Shown here: in pieces, positions 39,266 to 49,899 of the stretch
Numbering within the stretch: position 1 is the stretch's first letter
Layout: every line of letters begins with the position of its first letter
Assembly (NCBI RefSeq): GCF_033898585.1
Contig: NZ_JAXAFO010000007.1
Coordinates: 46,272-110,271 of the forward strand
DNA: 64,000 bases
Source of the DNA: Gilvimarinus gilvus
Lineage (GTDB): Bacteria > Pseudomonadota > Gammaproteobacteria > Pseudomonadales > Cellvibrionaceae
Reading direction: 5' to 3'
The notes under the pieces: generated by a model
Told to the model about the DNA's origin: nothing
The model's database searches: none
What the model saw: the letters and a program-made list of their open reading frames with translations, nothing else
Position numbers and translations under genes: made by a program

Positions 39266-40369
39266 TTAAAGCCTCATAGGCATTACGACATAAAGAGAGT
39301 CACCCTCTTCAGGTTCTTCTAATAACGCGCTACTATTGGCATCTGACAGTGTAATCTTGACCGTATCACTGTCCAAAACATTCGCCACATCGGTCAAATA
39401 GCTCACATTAAAACCGACTTCCAGCGAATCTCCATCATAATCAACGGTCAGTTGCTCTTCCGCCTCTTCCTGCTCTGGGTTATTTGCGACTATAGTCAAC
39501 TGACCACTGTCTAATAGCAGCCGAACTCCGCGATACTTTTCATTAGAAAGAATCGCGGTACGTGAAAACGCCTGTTTCAGTTCGCTGCGCGAACCGTACA
39601 TAGTCTTATCGCCGCCTCTGGGCAGAACACGCTCGTAGTCGGGAAACTTGCCATCGACCAACTTAGAGGTAAACGTGTACTCCTCTGAAGCAACTCGTAT
39701 ATGGTTTGCACTGAGAATAATATCAACCAAATCTTCGTTATCGTTCATCAGGCGCGCTAACTCTAACACCCCTTTTCGAGGCAAAATTGCCTGTACCAAC
39801 TCGGCCGTATTGATACCCAATTCGCGGGTGCACATAGCCATACGATGACCATCGGTTGCCACGACTCGCAACTGGTCCTGCTTTACCTCCCAAAGCATGC
39901 CGTTGAGGTAATAGCGAACATCTTGTTGGGCCATTGCAAATGCCGTGCGATCAATCAAGCGCTTAATCTCACCTTGTTGAGCACTGAATTGCAGGTCACT
40001 TGGGCCATCTTCCACATTGGGGAAGTCACTGGCTGGTAAAGTAGAAAGAGTAAAACGGCTTCTGCCACTTTTTAGTAAAATACGACCTTCTTCTTCGATT
40101 ACTTCAATCATTGAGTCATCAGGCAAAGAGCGCACGATATCGACAAACTTTCGTGCGGGAACAGTGATCTCACCATCAACGCCTGGCGCCTCTAATTCAA
40201 CGCGACCGACTATCTCTACTTCAAGATCGGTACCAGTAAGTGCGAGCTTATCGCCCTCTAGCACCAGCAACACATTGGAAAGTACGGGTAAGGTCTGGCG
40301 ACGCTCAACTACACCGGCCACCAACTGCAGGGGTTTAATCAATGCCTCTCGCGATACGACGAATTTCAT
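39266..40369 (-). CDS. dnaN: DNA polymerase III beta sliding clamp
   Basis: 367 aa. MKFVVSREALIKPLQLVAGVVERRQTLPVLSNVLL is canonical. Confidence 0.95.
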   Translation of the reverse strand: MKFVVSREALIKPLQLVAGVVERRQTLPVLSNVLLVLEGDKLALTGTDLEVEIVGRVELEAPGVDGEITVPARKFVDIVRSLPDDSMIEVIEEEGRILLKSGRSRFTLSTLPASDFPNVEDGPSDLQFSAQQGEIKRLIDRTAFAMAQQDVRYYLNGMLWEVKQDQLRVVATDGHRMAMCTRELGINTAELVQAILPRKGVLELARLMNDNEDLVDIILSANHIRVASEEYTFTSKLVDGKFPDYERVLPRGGDKTMYGSRSELKQAFSRTAILSNEKYRGVRLLLDSGQLTIVANNPEQEEAEEQLTVDYDGDSLEVGFNVSYLTDVANVLDSDTVKITLSDANSSALLEEPEEGDSLYVVMPMRL

Positions 40370-40390
40370 GTGATGGTCTCTTAGTCCTAA

Positions 40391-41848
40391 TTAAGTGGTC
40401 AAGGAGCGCAGCAGGTTTTTCAAATCTTCCCTGATATCCGCATCCTCTTCTTCTAACTGTTTAATTTTACGGCAAGCGTGTAAAACTGTCGTATGATCAC
40501 GCCCCCCGAACGCTTCGCCAATTTCCGGTAAACTGTGGTTGGTCAGCTCCTTAGCCAAGGCCATAGCCACCTGGCGAGGGCGGGCAACGGAACGACTGCG
40601 GCGCTTAGACAGCATATCGGCGATTTTAATCTTGTAGTACTCCCCGACAACTCGCTGAATATTATCAACACTCACCTGCTTATCCTGCAGCGCTAACAAG
40701 TCTTTTAGGGCTTCTCGCACCAGTTCAACATCGATTGACCGTCCAGTGAAGTGAGCGCTCGCTATCACCCTTTTTAGCGCACCTTCAAGCTCTCGAACGT
40801 TGGATCGGATTCTCTGGGCGATAAAAAAAGCCGCATCATCGGGTAAATCCACCTCCACTTGCTGCGCCTTTTTCTTTAAGATAGCCACGCGCATTTCCAA
40901 CTCAGGCGGCTCTACCGCCACCGTGAGCCCCCAACCAAAGCGAGACTTTAACCTCTCTTCAAGACCGTTAATCTCTTTCGGGTATCGATCGCACGTCAGA
41001 ATAATTTGCTGCCCACCCTCCAGTAACGAATTGAAGGTGTGGAAAAATTCCTCTTGCGAGCGCTCCTTGCCTGCGAAAAACTGAATATCATCAATCAGCA
41101 ACGCATCCACAGACCGATAATAACGTTTAAAGTCATTAATAGCGTTAAGCTGCAGCGCCTTAACCATATCCGCCACAAACCGCTCCGAGTGCAGGTAAAT
41201 AACCTTAGCGTTAGGGTTCTTTTGTAGCAACGCATTGCCCACGGCCTGCATTAAGTGAGTCTTACCTAAGCCGACGCCACCGTAAATAAACAGGGGGTTA
41301 TAGGCACCGCCAGGATTCTCCGCGACCTGGCGCGCCGCAGCCAACCCAAGTTGGTTAGACTTACCTTCAACAAAACTGGCAAACGTAAAAGCGCGGTTCA
41401 CGTTACTCTGATGCTTCAATCCGCCTTCGACATCAGTCTTCGACGCTACTGTTGCGGCGGATGGTTGCCGCGGCTCTTCGGGGGATGGCAGCGGACTGTC
41501 GGAGCGCCCGATAGGCTCGGAGGCATTATTGTTGAAATGGCCAGGGGCTGGACGTGGCGCAGTGGGAGCTGGACGTCGCATTACATTAGTTGTCGTACCG
41601 CGATTGCCCACACCAACTTCGATGCTCAAAGCAGGGTCAGCCTGGTACTGGTTTGCCAGCTCTCCAATGCGATCGAGAAACTTTTCTCTTACCCAGTCAC
41701 AAACGAACCGATTTGGGGCCAAAATGCGCAGACAGTCGCCCTCGGCACCACCTTCAATTTTTAAAGGTCGAATCCACGTATTAAACTGTTGCGATGGCAA
41801 CTCGTCCTGAAGACTGGAAACGCAATATTCCCAAACCGATTCCGGCAA
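40391..41848 (-). CDS. dnaA: Chromosomal replication initiator DnaA
   Basis: AAA+ motifs ([10 protein letters not shown]) and the C-terminal DNA-binding signature. Divergent from rpmH. Confidence 0.95.
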   Translation of the reverse strand: MPESVWEYCVSSLQDELPSQQFNTWIRPLKIEGGAEGDCLRILAPNRFVCDWVREKFLDRIGELANQYQADPALSIEVGVGNRGTTTNVMRRPAPTAPRPAPGHFNNNASEPIGRSDSPLPSPEEPRQPSAATVASKTDVEGGLKHQSNVNRAFTFASFVEGKSNQLGLAAARQVAENPGGAYNPLFIYGGVGLGKTHLMQAVGNALLQKNPNAKVIYLHSERFVADMVKALQLNAINDFKRYYRSVDALLIDDIQFFAGKERSQEEFFHTFNSLLEGGQQIILTCDRYPKEINGLEERLKSRFGWGLTVAVEPPELEMRVAILKKKAQQVEVDLPDDAAFFIAQRIRSNVRELEGALKRVIASAHFTGRSIDVELVREALKDLLALQDKQVSVDNIQRVVGEYYKIKIADMLSKRRSRSVARPRQVAMALAKELTNHSLPEIGEAFGGRDHTTVLHACRKIKQLEEEDADIREDLKNLLRSLTT

Positions 41849-42271
41849 AACTAACCCCCAATATTAATCACAAGCACACTGCTACAACGGTCGGCGCCCG
41901 TGTTAGAACCCGCTAGTTTACCCTTGTCACGACAAGTTATCCACATGTAAAACCAAATTTACGCATTATTGCCGTTAATAGCCGTAAATTGTTAATTTTA
42001 AGAGCTTTTATTCAGGTTATCAAAAAGATTCCCACAGACTTATCCACATATTTGAGCAAAAATTGCAAGATTACCGCATAAACACACTGAGCCCTGCAAA
42101 ACTACTGTATAACTACTGAGTAAGCTGAATAAAACCACTGCAAAACCTGCATACAAACTAATTTAAGGTTATCACCTACTTAGACGTTGATTTTGCTCGC
42201 TATATTCTATAAACTCGCCGCCTCTTTTTCGCACACTGTGTGATCAATACAGGTAATCGGTAGGTTAACCC
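41849..42271. promoter_or_regulatory. dnaA-rpmH divergent spacer with DnaA boxes (Pseudomonas-type oriC candidate and/or dnaA autoregulatory region)
   Basis: Perfect TTATCCACA at 41937-41945 and 42040-42048. Weaker TTATCAAAA (42017) and TTATCACCT (42169). AT-rich segment 41950-42010. Confidence 0.5.
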
Positions 42272-42406
42272 ATGAAAAGAACATTTCAGCCCAGCGTTTT
42301 GAAACGCGCCCGCGCCCACGGCTTCCGTGCACGTATGGCCAACAAAAACGGTCGTGCCGTACTGGCTCGTCGTCGCGCTAAAGGTCGTAAAAGCTTAACT
42401 GCATAA
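42272..42406 (+). CDS. rpmH: 50S ribosomal protein L34
   Basis: [44 protein letters not shown]. Not in the ORF track because it is under 60 aa. Confidence 0.9.
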   Translation: MKRTFQPSVLKRARAHGFRARMANKNGRAVLARRRAKGRKSLTA

Positions 42407-42531
42407 GTTAGCCAATCGGCCGCGTGTGACCCAAGGGGCACCGCTGTAGCGTCTCGCCACATGTATGAGACCCTACACCGGTGCCTTTTGTTTGTGGCTC
42501 AATAATACTCCCAATACGAGGTCGCAGCCCT

Positions 42532-42912
42532 GTGAGCTCGAAAACCTTCAGCAAACACCAGCGCCTGTTAAACGCAACCGAATTTCAAACGGTCTTTGAT
42601 AACGCGCCATTTCGCGCCTCTCACCAGTTCATATTGATGCTGTCGCGACCCAATGCAGAACAACCCGCTCGTCTGGGGTTAATCATCGCCAAAAAGAACA
42701 TCCGTCGGGCTGTCGATCGCAATCGGGTGAAACGACTTATTCGCGAAAGTTTTCGTGAACACCAGCAACATTTATATGGGTTAGATGTTATTGTACTGGC
42801 TCGCCGCGGTCTGGCCGAACTCGACAACGCTCAGATATTTAAATTACTCGCTAAGCAGTGGCGACGCTTAGAAAACAAAAAAGCCCAAACCAGCCAAGAG
42901 GCCCAATCGTGA
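42532..42912 (+). CDS. rnpA: RNase P protein component
   Basis: Basic RnpA sequence. GTG start at VSSKTF. The upstream part of the 143-aa ORF is not conserved. Confidence 0.8.
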   Translation: MSSKTFSKHQRLLNATEFQTVFDNAPFRASHQFILMLSRPNAEQPARLGLIIAKKNIRRAVDRNRVKRLIRESFREHQQHLYGLDVIVLARRGLAELDNAQIFKLLAKQWRRLENKKAQTSQEAQS

Positions 42913-43157
42913 GTTGGCTCGCCATCAAACTGATACATACCTACCGGTACTTACTCAGCCCCTGGGTCGGCAACCAATGTCGGTTTTACCCCAGTTGTTC
43001 CCACTACGGCGAAGAAGCAATAAAAACCCACGGTTTTATAAAAGGGGGTTATCTAACCACCCGCCGCCTTTTAAAATGTCACCCTTGGCATCCAGGCGGA
43101 TTGGACCCGGTACCGGCAAAATCAAACAATCAACCACTAACCAATGGCAAACACTAA
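42909..43157 (+). CDS. yidD: Membrane protein insertion efficiency factor YidD
   Basis: CRFYPSCSHYGEEAI…CHPWHPGGLDPVP. GTG start overlapping the rnpA stop (GTGA). Confidence 0.8.
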   Translation: MSWLAIKLIHTYRYLLSPWVGNQCRFYPSCSHYGEEAIKTHGFIKGGYLTTRRLLKCHPWHPGGLDPVPAKSNNQPLTNGKH

Positions 43158-43158
43158 G

Positions 43159-44817
43159 ATGGATTGGCAAAAGAATCTGTTAATCGCGGCAATGGTCGCT
43201 GTAATCATTCTCCTGGTGATTCGCTGGGAAGAGTTCCAGGAGCGGCAAGCACTCAACACTGCAGCAGTGGCAGAAAGCCAGGTCAGCAGCGCTCGCAGTG
43301 ATAATGATGTTCCCGCTGTGGTAACCAACGATGTTCCCCAGCCCGATGTACCCGGCGCGACGCCAGCACAACAAGCTACCGGACAACTAATAGAAGTTGC
43401 CACTGACTCTCTGCTGGTTTCCATCGATCCACGCGGTGGCGATATCGTCAATGTTGCACTGCCGAAACATTTCGCCGAAGTGGATACACCGGATCAACCC
43501 TTTGTTCTGGTCGATAATAGTGGTACGAAAACTTATACCGCTCAAAGCGGTCTGGTCGGACCAAATGGCACCGACAGCGCGGACGGACGGCCTCTGTTTG
43601 TGAGCACAGACTATAACTTTCAAATGGCCGACGGTGCCGGTTCATTACAAGTAGATTTAACCACTGAGCAAGACGGCGTCGTCATCACCAAACGCTTTAC
43701 CTTCTATCGCGGTGAATACCGGGTAGAGGTGAACTACTTAATTAACAATGCCAGCAGCTCTACTTGGCAGGCGGCGCTATACGGTCAAATTAAGCGAGAT
43801 AGCCACAAACCTAACACAGCCAATGGCTTCGGTATGCAACCATTTGTGGGGGCAGCCCTAACCACCGAAGATGAGCGCTATAAAAAGTTCTCTTTCGACG
43901 ATCTTGAAGATAAGAGCTTTAAAGCGACTGTTGAAGGCGGCTGGATCTCCATGGTTCAGCACTACTTTATCAGCGCCTGGATCCCTGCTCAGGAAAGCAA
44001 AAATCAATACTACTTGCGCCAGCAGGGTAACCAAGACATTTTCCTGATGGGTTTCACCTCACCACTGATGTCCGTCGCCGCCGGAGAAACTAAAACCTTT
44101 GGCGCAGAGTTTTACGCAGGCCCTAAAGACACTGAAGCGCTCGAAGCCATTGCTCCCTACCTGGACCTGACCGTTGATTACGGTTGGCTATGGTGGATGG
44201 CCAAGCCATTGTTCAGTGTTCTAAAGTATATTCATGAACTAATTGGTAATTGGGGTATATCAATTATTGCCCTGACAATTATTATTAAAGCAATCTTCTT
44301 TAAGCTAAGTGCCACAAGCTATAGGTCTATGGCTCGTATGCGCAAGCTAGCTCCCAAAATGAAGGACCTAAAAGAACGCTACGGTGATGATCGTCAAAAA
44401 ATGTCGCAAGAGACCATGAAGCTCTATCGCGACGAGAAAGTGAACCCTCTGGGCGGATGTTTACCGATGCTTATTCAGATGCCTGTATTTTTGGCTCTGT
44501 ATTGGGTGTTAATGGAGTCAGTCGAACTTCGCCATACTCCGTTCCTATGGATGGCGGACTTATCGGTCAAAGATCCAATATTTATATTGCCTCTGTTGAT
44601 GGGTTTCACCATGTGGCTGACTATGCGCCTTAACCCAGAACCACCGGACCCAATGCAGGCAAAAATTATGAAGATGATGCCTGTGGTCTTCACCTTTATG
44701 TTCCTATGGTTCCCCGCCGGTCTGGTTCTGTACTGGGTAACCAACAACACATTATCATTCTTACAGCAGATGATTATTACCCGGCAGATTGAAAAGTCGG
44801 AAAGCGCCAGCGCTTAA
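43159..44817 (+). CDS. yidC: Membrane protein insertase YidC
   Basis: MDWQKNLLIAAMVAVIILL N-terminus. The ATG follows directly on the yidD stop. An alternative start lies at 43144. Confidence 0.9.
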   Translation: MDWQKNLLIAAMVAVIILLVIRWEEFQERQALNTAAVAESQVSSARSDNDVPAVVTNDVPQPDVPGATPAQQATGQLIEVATDSLLVSIDPRGGDIVNVALPKHFAEVDTPDQPFVLVDNSGTKTYTAQSGLVGPNGTDSADGRPLFVSTDYNFQMADGAGSLQVDLTTEQDGVVITKRFTFYRGEYRVEVNYLINNASSSTWQAALYGQIKRDSHKPNTANGFGMQPFVGAALTTEDERYKKFSFDDLEDKSFKATVEGGWISMVQHYFISAWIPAQESKNQYYLRQQGNQDIFLMGFTSPLMSVAAGETKTFGAEFYAGPKDTEALEAIAPYLDLTVDYGWLWWMAKPLFSVLKYIHELIGNWGISIIALTIIIKAIFFKLSATSYRSMARMRKLAPKMKDLKERYGDDRQKMSQETMKLYRDEKVNPLGGCLPMLIQMPVFLALYWVLMESVELRHTPFLWMADLSVKDPIFILPLLMGFTMWLTMRLNPEPPDPMQAKIMKMMPVVFTFMFLWFPAGLVLYWVTNNTLSFLQQMIITRQIEKSESASA

Positions 44818-44838
44818 ACCAAAAGGATCTTTATTCCG

Positions 44839-46197
44839 GTGTTACCTCCCACCGACACCATTGCCGCCGTCGCGACCGCCACCGGTCGCGGTGGCGTCGG
44901 CATTGTTCGAGTTTCTGGACCTCAGGCCCCTGAGATTGCAAAAGCTATAACCAAAGCCACACTGACACCTCGGCAGGCGCACTATCTGCCTTTCTGGGAC
45001 GAAAATACCCAAGAGCTAGACCGGGGCATAGCACTTCTGTTTAGCGGCCCCAACTCATTTACCGGGGAAGACATACTCGAACTACAAGGTCACGGCGGCC
45101 CCATTGTTCTAGGCCTACTGTTAGAGCGAGTGAAACAACTGGGTGCCCGGCAGGCTCGACCCGGCGAGTTCTCAGAGCGTGCTTTTTTGAACGACAAACT
45201 CGACCTCGCTCAGGCTGAGGCAATAGCCGACTTGATTGAAGCCAGCTCCGAACAAGCGGCCCGCAACGCCCTAAATTCCTTACAGGGGTTGTTTTCTAAT
45301 CAGGTGCATGCGCTGGTGGAATCATTGATTGCCATGCGCATCTACGTAGAAGCGGCCATCGATTTCCCCGAAGAAGAGATCGATTTTCTCAGTGATGGCA
45401 AAGTCGCCGGTGATCTAACTCATATCAGCGAAAGTTTGGTCGAGCTGATTCAACAGGCCCGCCAGGGACAACTGGTTCGAGATGGCATGCAGGTTGTTAT
45501 CGCAGGTAAACCCAACGCCGGTAAATCCAGCTTGCTAAACGCTTTGGTTGAACGCGACAGTGCTATTGTTACTGATATCGCCGGCACCACGCGCGATGTG
45601 CTCAAGGAGCATATCCATATCGACGGTATGCCATTGCACATTATCGATACCGCTGGTTTGCGTGAAGCATCGGATCAAGTGGAAAAAATTGGGATTGAGC
45701 GCGCCTGGGCAGAGATCGAAAAGGCCGATCGCATTCTTCTTATGATCGATGCCGTTGACGCTATTAATCACCCAGACTGGCAACCGGAAAATGTTTGGCC
45801 AGAATTCACTGAGCGTCTTAAACACTCAGACAAGGTTAGCGTTATCTACAATAAGGTGGACTTAGCTGATACCTCAAAACTTCCCGACAACGCTCTCGCC
45901 ATCAGCGCCAAAACCGGTCAGGGCCTGAAGACTCTAAAGCAACACCTGAAAGACTGCATCGGCTACCAGAGCACAACCGAAGCCACCTTCACGGCAAGGC
46001 AAAGACACATAGACGCCCTCTTATCGGCGCAGCGCTGCCTGCAACAAGGAGAAGAACAGCTACAGCTACACGCGGCGGGAGAACTGTTAGCCGAAGACCT
46101 GCGCGATGCGCAAAATTATCTTTCAGAAATCACCGGAGAGTTCACCTCCGATGACTTGTTGGGAAGGATTTTCTCGTCTTTTTGTATAGGAAAATAG
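44839..46197 (+). CDS. mnmE: tRNA modification GTPase MnmE
   Basis: G-domain [15 protein letters not shown]-terminal CIGK. Confidence 0.9.
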   Translation: MLPPTDTIAAVATATGRGGVGIVRVSGPQAPEIAKAITKATLTPRQAHYLPFWDENTQELDRGIALLFSGPNSFTGEDILELQGHGGPIVLGLLLERVKQLGARQARPGEFSERAFLNDKLDLAQAEAIADLIEASSEQAARNALNSLQGLFSNQVHALVESLIAMRIYVEAAIDFPEEEIDFLSDGKVAGDLTHISESLVELIQQARQGQLVRDGMQVVIAGKPNAGKSSLLNALVERDSAIVTDIAGTTRDVLKEHIHIDGMPLHIIDTAGLREASDQVEKIGIERAWAEIEKADRILLMIDAVDAINHPDWQPENVWPEFTERLKHSDKVSVIYNKVDLADTSKLPDNALAISAKTGQGLKTLKQHLKDCIGYQSTTEATFTARQRHIDALLSAQRCLQQGEEQLQLHAAGELLAEDLRDAQNYLSEITGEFTSDDLLGRIFSSFCIGK

Positions 46198-46250
46198 AGG
46201 TCTGAGGTCTGAGGTCTGATAGCGTCCGACATCAGACTTCAGACCTCTAG
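46194..46250. terminator. Bidirectional hairpin built from a tandem heptamer (GGTCTGA)x3
   Basis: TAGAGGTCTGAGGTCTGAGGTCTGA-tagcgtccgaca-TCAGACTTCAGACCTCTA. Lies between convergent mnmE (+) and the XRE-2TM gene (-). Confidence 0.5.
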
Positions 46251-46259
46251 CGACTTACT

Positions 46260-46772
46260 CTACAACTTCCTTCCCAGCCGCTTCTCAACCTGTTTGCGCT
46301 CCCAGTCGGGGCCGAATAGATTAAACACCTCAAACACATTGAGTGCGTGTAGGGCGAGGCCGATTCCCCAACCAAAAGCGGGCCAGAATACCCACATATA
46401 ACCCGGTGAAGTGGTTAAATTTACAAACACCAGAAACGGGATAATCACCAGGTACGACGCAAGATTAGAGTAAAACGCTTTAACATCCCTTACATACTCT
46501 ATAGCTTTTTGCTCTTCTAAAGCTTCCGCCTTGGCGTCTTGATGATCCGTCGCAGTATCGTTTGGTGTAGTAGATGTTGAGTTCATATCACTGCCCTCCA
46601 TAGGCCATTCACTGATATCAACCTCAAACACAGCGGCAAGTGCATTGCGCGTTTCCAATGAGGGCGGCTGCCCCCTTTCAATGCGTTGAATGGTCCGAAT
46701 GCTGACGCCAGCCATTTCGGCTAACTGTTCCTGAGACCAGCCTTTCACTAATCTGAGTTTTCGAACGTTCAT
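46260..46772 (-). CDS. XRE-family HTH regulator fused to a C-terminal 2TM membrane domain
   Basis: HTH WSQEQLAEMAGVSIRTIQRIERG. The C-terminus has two hydrophobic helices. ATG chosen at MNVRKL. Confidence 0.6.
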   Translation of the reverse strand: MNVRKLRLVKGWSQEQLAEMAGVSIRTIQRIERGQPPSLETRNALAAVFEVDISEWPMEGSDMNSTSTTPNDTATDHQDAKAEALEEQKAIEYVRDVKAFYSNLASYLVIIPFLVFVNLTTSPGYMWVFWPAFGWGIGLALHALNVFEVFNLFGPDWERKQVEKRLGRKL

Positions 46773-46897
46773 TCCTTGCTCCGTAATGTACTGAGGTGTG
46801 CGGTATGAATTGCACAACCTAAGTATTGTAAAAATCCACCTGACAAAGCCACGTCACCTACCTGACATCTTGGTGACAAATCAATAAAAACAATAAC

Positions 46898-47521
46898 TTA
46901 CATTATTTTGTGGGCAAAACGTTGAGCAAACCGATCAGTAAAATTTAACCCGACCGCCACAACTTTACCGATCACCTGGCTTTCGTCCACCAACCCCCAG
47001 AAGCGAGAATCTAAGCTGTTGTCGCGGTTATCACCCATAACAAAATACTTGCCCTCAGGAATCAGCAACTCGCCTTCAAGAATTGGCTGCTCACCGGTTG
47101 GGTCCAAAAGATGTTTTGCACCGGGTAAAAGCTCCCAATACTGGCCGTTATCGTGCTCTACCGAAACCAACTCACTGTTTACCCAAATGCGATGCCCCTC
47201 TATTTTTAATCTATCGCCGGGTACACCAATAACCCGCTTTACCAGACAATTGTCAGTGTGAGACGGGAAGAAAGTAATGATATCTCCTCTGCTAGGGTTA
47301 CCGACACTCAACAATCTCGATCGAGTAAAGGGTACCGCCGGCCCGTACGCTAACTTATTAACGACCAAAACATCACCGGGATAAAGCGTTGGCTCCATAG
47401 AACTGGATGGGACGTAATTCCAGTCAGCAACCGCCGTGCGGAAAAAAGCCAGGCAGCATACAAACAACAAAAATCCAGCATTGCGACGTATAAATCCGGG
47501 GGTTTTAGGTTTGGCAGTCAT
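46898..47521 (-). CDS. S26-family signal peptidase I (short, accessory copy)
   Basis: SSSMEPTL (Ser box), VKRVIG (Lys box), GDNRDNSLDSRFWG. Confidence 0.7.
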   Translation of the reverse strand: MTAKPKTPGFIRRNAGFLLFVCCLAFFRTAVADWNYVPSSSMEPTLYPGDVLVVNKLAYGPAVPFTRSRLLSVGNPSRGDIITFFPSHTDNCLVKRVIGVPGDRLKIEGHRIWVNSELVSVEHDNGQYWELLPGAKHLLDPTGEQPILEGELLIPEGKYFVMGDNRDNSLDSRFWGLVDESQVIGKVVAVGLNFTDRFAQRFAHKIM

Positions 47522-47588
47522 ATTTTAAATCCATGTATTTATAGGCTAAGGCACCTTAGAGCGCTCGCACTAAGGAAAGTTTCCCCAC

Positions 47589-48452
47589 TCACCTAACAGC
47601 CAGAACGCCAAGCTCCCGAAGTAAACTGTTAACAGCAAACTCATACCCAGAACCGAAAAGGTTGTAGTGATTGAGCATATGATAGAGGTTATACAGAGGC
47701 CTACGTTGAGCGGCATCAGCAGGCAGAGCCCAACGACTGCTATAGCCACGATAGAAGTCTGAACCGAAGCCGCCAAAAACATAGGTAAAGGCGATATCGG
47801 TTTCTCTGTCCCCATAGTAAGTGGCAGGATCAAACAGCACGGGCTCACCAGACGCCGTATATGCTTTATTTCCACTCCACAGGTCGCCGTGCAAAAGCGA
47901 TGCCTTAGGTTGATGGCGCGACAACAGATCAAACGAGCATTCTCTCAAGGATGATGCCTTTACCGTCGCTAATCCGGCTTGTTGCGCCATAGCGAGCTGC
48001 GGCCTTAAACGCTGCTGCCACCAAAATTCTGCCCAATTTTGGTTTTTAGTATTGTGCTGCACAGTATGGCCAATAAAATTGCTGGATTTAAACCCATACA
48101 TATTGTCTTCAGCAGGAATTGCATGCATATCCGCCAAAGCAACCCCTAATTGATACTCATCTCCTGTATCGACAAGGGATATATACTCTAACAACAGAAT
48201 TGCGACGTCAGCGCCACAAAAGTAACCCAACGACTTGGGCGTGCGCACGGATGCCCTTGCAAGCTCCTGCAAATTGGCAAACTCTGCTTCAAGCAACTGA
48301 CCATTGCGATGGCATTTTAAAAAATACTGAACACCGCTCAGGTTGCTTGCGCTGAAACTTTGGCAAATATCACCACCGCTGACAGCCCGAATTGTTTTCT
48401 CATCCAACTCACCGAAGAAGACTTCTTGAATCAGCTGTGACCAATCGAACAT
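47589..48452 (-). CDS. Fructosamine/ketosamine-3-kinase family protein
   Basis: 287 aa, kinase-like fold. LLHGDLWSGN catalytic loop. GDRETD. Confidence 0.75.
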   Translation of the reverse strand: MFDWSQLIQEVFFGELDEKTIRAVSGGDICQSFSASNLSGVQYFLKCHRNGQLLEAEFANLQELARASVRTPKSLGYFCGADVAILLLEYISLVDTGDEYQLGVALADMHAIPAEDNMYGFKSSNFIGHTVQHNTKNQNWAEFWWQQRLRPQLAMAQQAGLATVKASSLRECSFDLLSRHQPKASLLHGDLWSGNKAYTASGEPVLFDPATYYGDRETDIAFTYVFGGFGSDFYRGYSSRWALPADAAQRRPLYNLYHMLNHYNLFGSGYEFAVNSLLRELGVLAVR

Positions 48453-48454
48453 AG

Positions 48455-49018
48455 TTACGCTGCGCTAAATTCCCGGCAAATGAGTTCAACATCATCAACC
48501 GACAATGCTTCTTCGGTTAACCCACACCAATACCCGCCGTTTCGGTTCAGGTTGTGCTGACAGGAATGACACTGACCAAAAGCCTTTGCTTTGTTGGTTC
48601 TTTGCATCGCTGACAATAACTCCATCAACCCTGCCGCTAAAGATTGCTGGCAATCGGGAGACAAAGAACCAAGCGCTTGTTGCAACAGTGGTGACGGTTT
48701 TAGCTGATTCAGGACCTGCTCACCTTTACGGGTCAATACAAGATGCACTACTCGGCGGTCTTCAGCATCGGGCGTTTTGTGTATTAAACCGCGACCTTGC
48801 AACACTTTTATCGTCTGCGACACAGTGCCTTTGGTTTGCCCCAAATATTCAGTGACTGACATTGCTGTATCACTGAACCGGTTCGCCCTCTTCAGGTAAT
48901 CCAGTACCTCTAACTGCACCGGCTGTAAAGTCTCTGCGGACTCCAGTCGCCGCACTTCGGTGCGCAACAACCCACTAAGGCGATCGAGTAAGTGATCAAT
49001 CTTCTCTGCTTCATTCAT
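48455..49018 (-). CDS. MarR-family regulator with a Cys-rich C-terminal tail
   Basis: wHTH (…SDTAMSVTEYLGQTKGTVSQTIKVLQGRGLI…). C-terminal CHSCQHNLNRNGGYWC…ICREF. Confidence 0.7.
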   Translation of the reverse strand: MNEAEKIDHLLDRLSGLLRTEVRRLESAETLQPVQLEVLDYLKRANRFSDTAMSVTEYLGQTKGTVSQTIKVLQGRGLIHKTPDAEDRRVVHLVLTRKGEQVLNQLKPSPLLQQALGSLSPDCQQSLAAGLMELLSAMQRTNKAKAFGQCHSCQHNLNRNGGYWCGLTEEALSVDDVELICREFSAA

Positions 49019-49078
49019 ACCACAATAGTATCGACTAAAAACAATATTGACAAGCCACCTAAATAATGGAAAACTCAA

Positions 49079-49101
49079 TATTGTATCGAGTCGACACAAT
49101 A
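49079..49101. promoter_or_regulatory. Near-perfect 23-bp palindrome in the MarR divergent promoter (candidate MarR operator)
   Basis: TATTGTATCGAGTCGACACAATA, 20 of 23 symmetric. Lies between the MarR start (49018, -) and the 49133 (+) gene. Confidence 0.4.
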
Positions 49102-49132
49102 CTTAAATAAGCAAAACAGTGAGGAAATTACA

Positions 49133-49888
49133 ATGAAACACAGTGGAATTATCAGCTTATACGCCGCCCTTTTTATGGCCAACGGCGCGGTGGCGCACGA
49201 CCAACACAAAGGCGGCCTTCAATCGCCCACCGATAAAACAACCCCTAAAGCCATGGACATTGTGCACGCAAAGGTCAGTTATGCCGGTAATGTCGCAACA
49301 TTCCATATGGCAACTGCAGCCAGTGCAGGACACCACAAACCAAAAGCAAAAGGAGAGCTGGCCGGCAGTGAGGTTTATTCTTATGTTTGGCCCACCACAC
49401 TGGATACTGCTAGCGTCGGTTTTGAATCAGATGCCGGTTTACTGGCGCTTGCGGTCACCTCTCATCCAGATTTCGACGACACTCCACTGTTCGACGAAAA
49501 CAGCGACGGGCAGTACGACAACGATGGCAGTAACTGGCATAGCCACTGGGTCGTTCTAGCCCCAAACGAACAGTGTGGTGCAGGAGCACTGGGCGTTGTG
49601 GATATCCCCGATGGCTCTACGCCAAGCCTACCTAAAACCTGGCCAGGCCTACCTATATTAATCGACAGCCCTGGTTGGCAACCGGTTTTCGAGCAACAGA
49701 GCGTTAATGTGCGAGTACCCTTTGACTCGACAGTCGAACTTGAGGGGACACAATACGATGGGGTGATCGCGGGGTTACGGGTTAACCAAAGCGTACACGC
49801 ACCATTATTGTGTGTCGTTAATGTATTCGATGTGGCAAGCGGTGACCTCTCCTTGCCCGGTATCTTCGATGAACAACATGATCATTAG
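49133..49888 (+). CDS. Secreted His-rich hypothetical protein
   Basis: Signal peptide MKHSGIISLYAALFMANGAVA. Several His clusters (HDQHKGG, AGHHKPK, NWHSHW). No family recognised. Confidence 0.5.
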   Translation: MKHSGIISLYAALFMANGAVAHDQHKGGLQSPTDKTTPKAMDIVHAKVSYAGNVATFHMATAASAGHHKPKAKGELAGSEVYSYVWPTTLDTASVGFESDAGLLALAVTSHPDFDDTPLFDENSDGQYDNDGSNWHSHWVVLAPNEQCGAGALGVVDIPDGSTPSLPKTWPGLPILIDSPGWQPVFEQQSVNVRVPFDSTVELEGTQYDGVIAGLRVNQSVHAPLLCVVNVFDVASGDLSLPGIFDEQHDH

Positions 49889-49899
49889 GAGCAACGGCG

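Noticed and set aside
47570-47932. 120-aa minus-strand ORF overlapping the 3' half of the fructosamine-kinase gene in another frame
   Set aside because: The overlapping frame has a hydrophobic, low-complexity translation. The kinase frame carries the conserved motifs.
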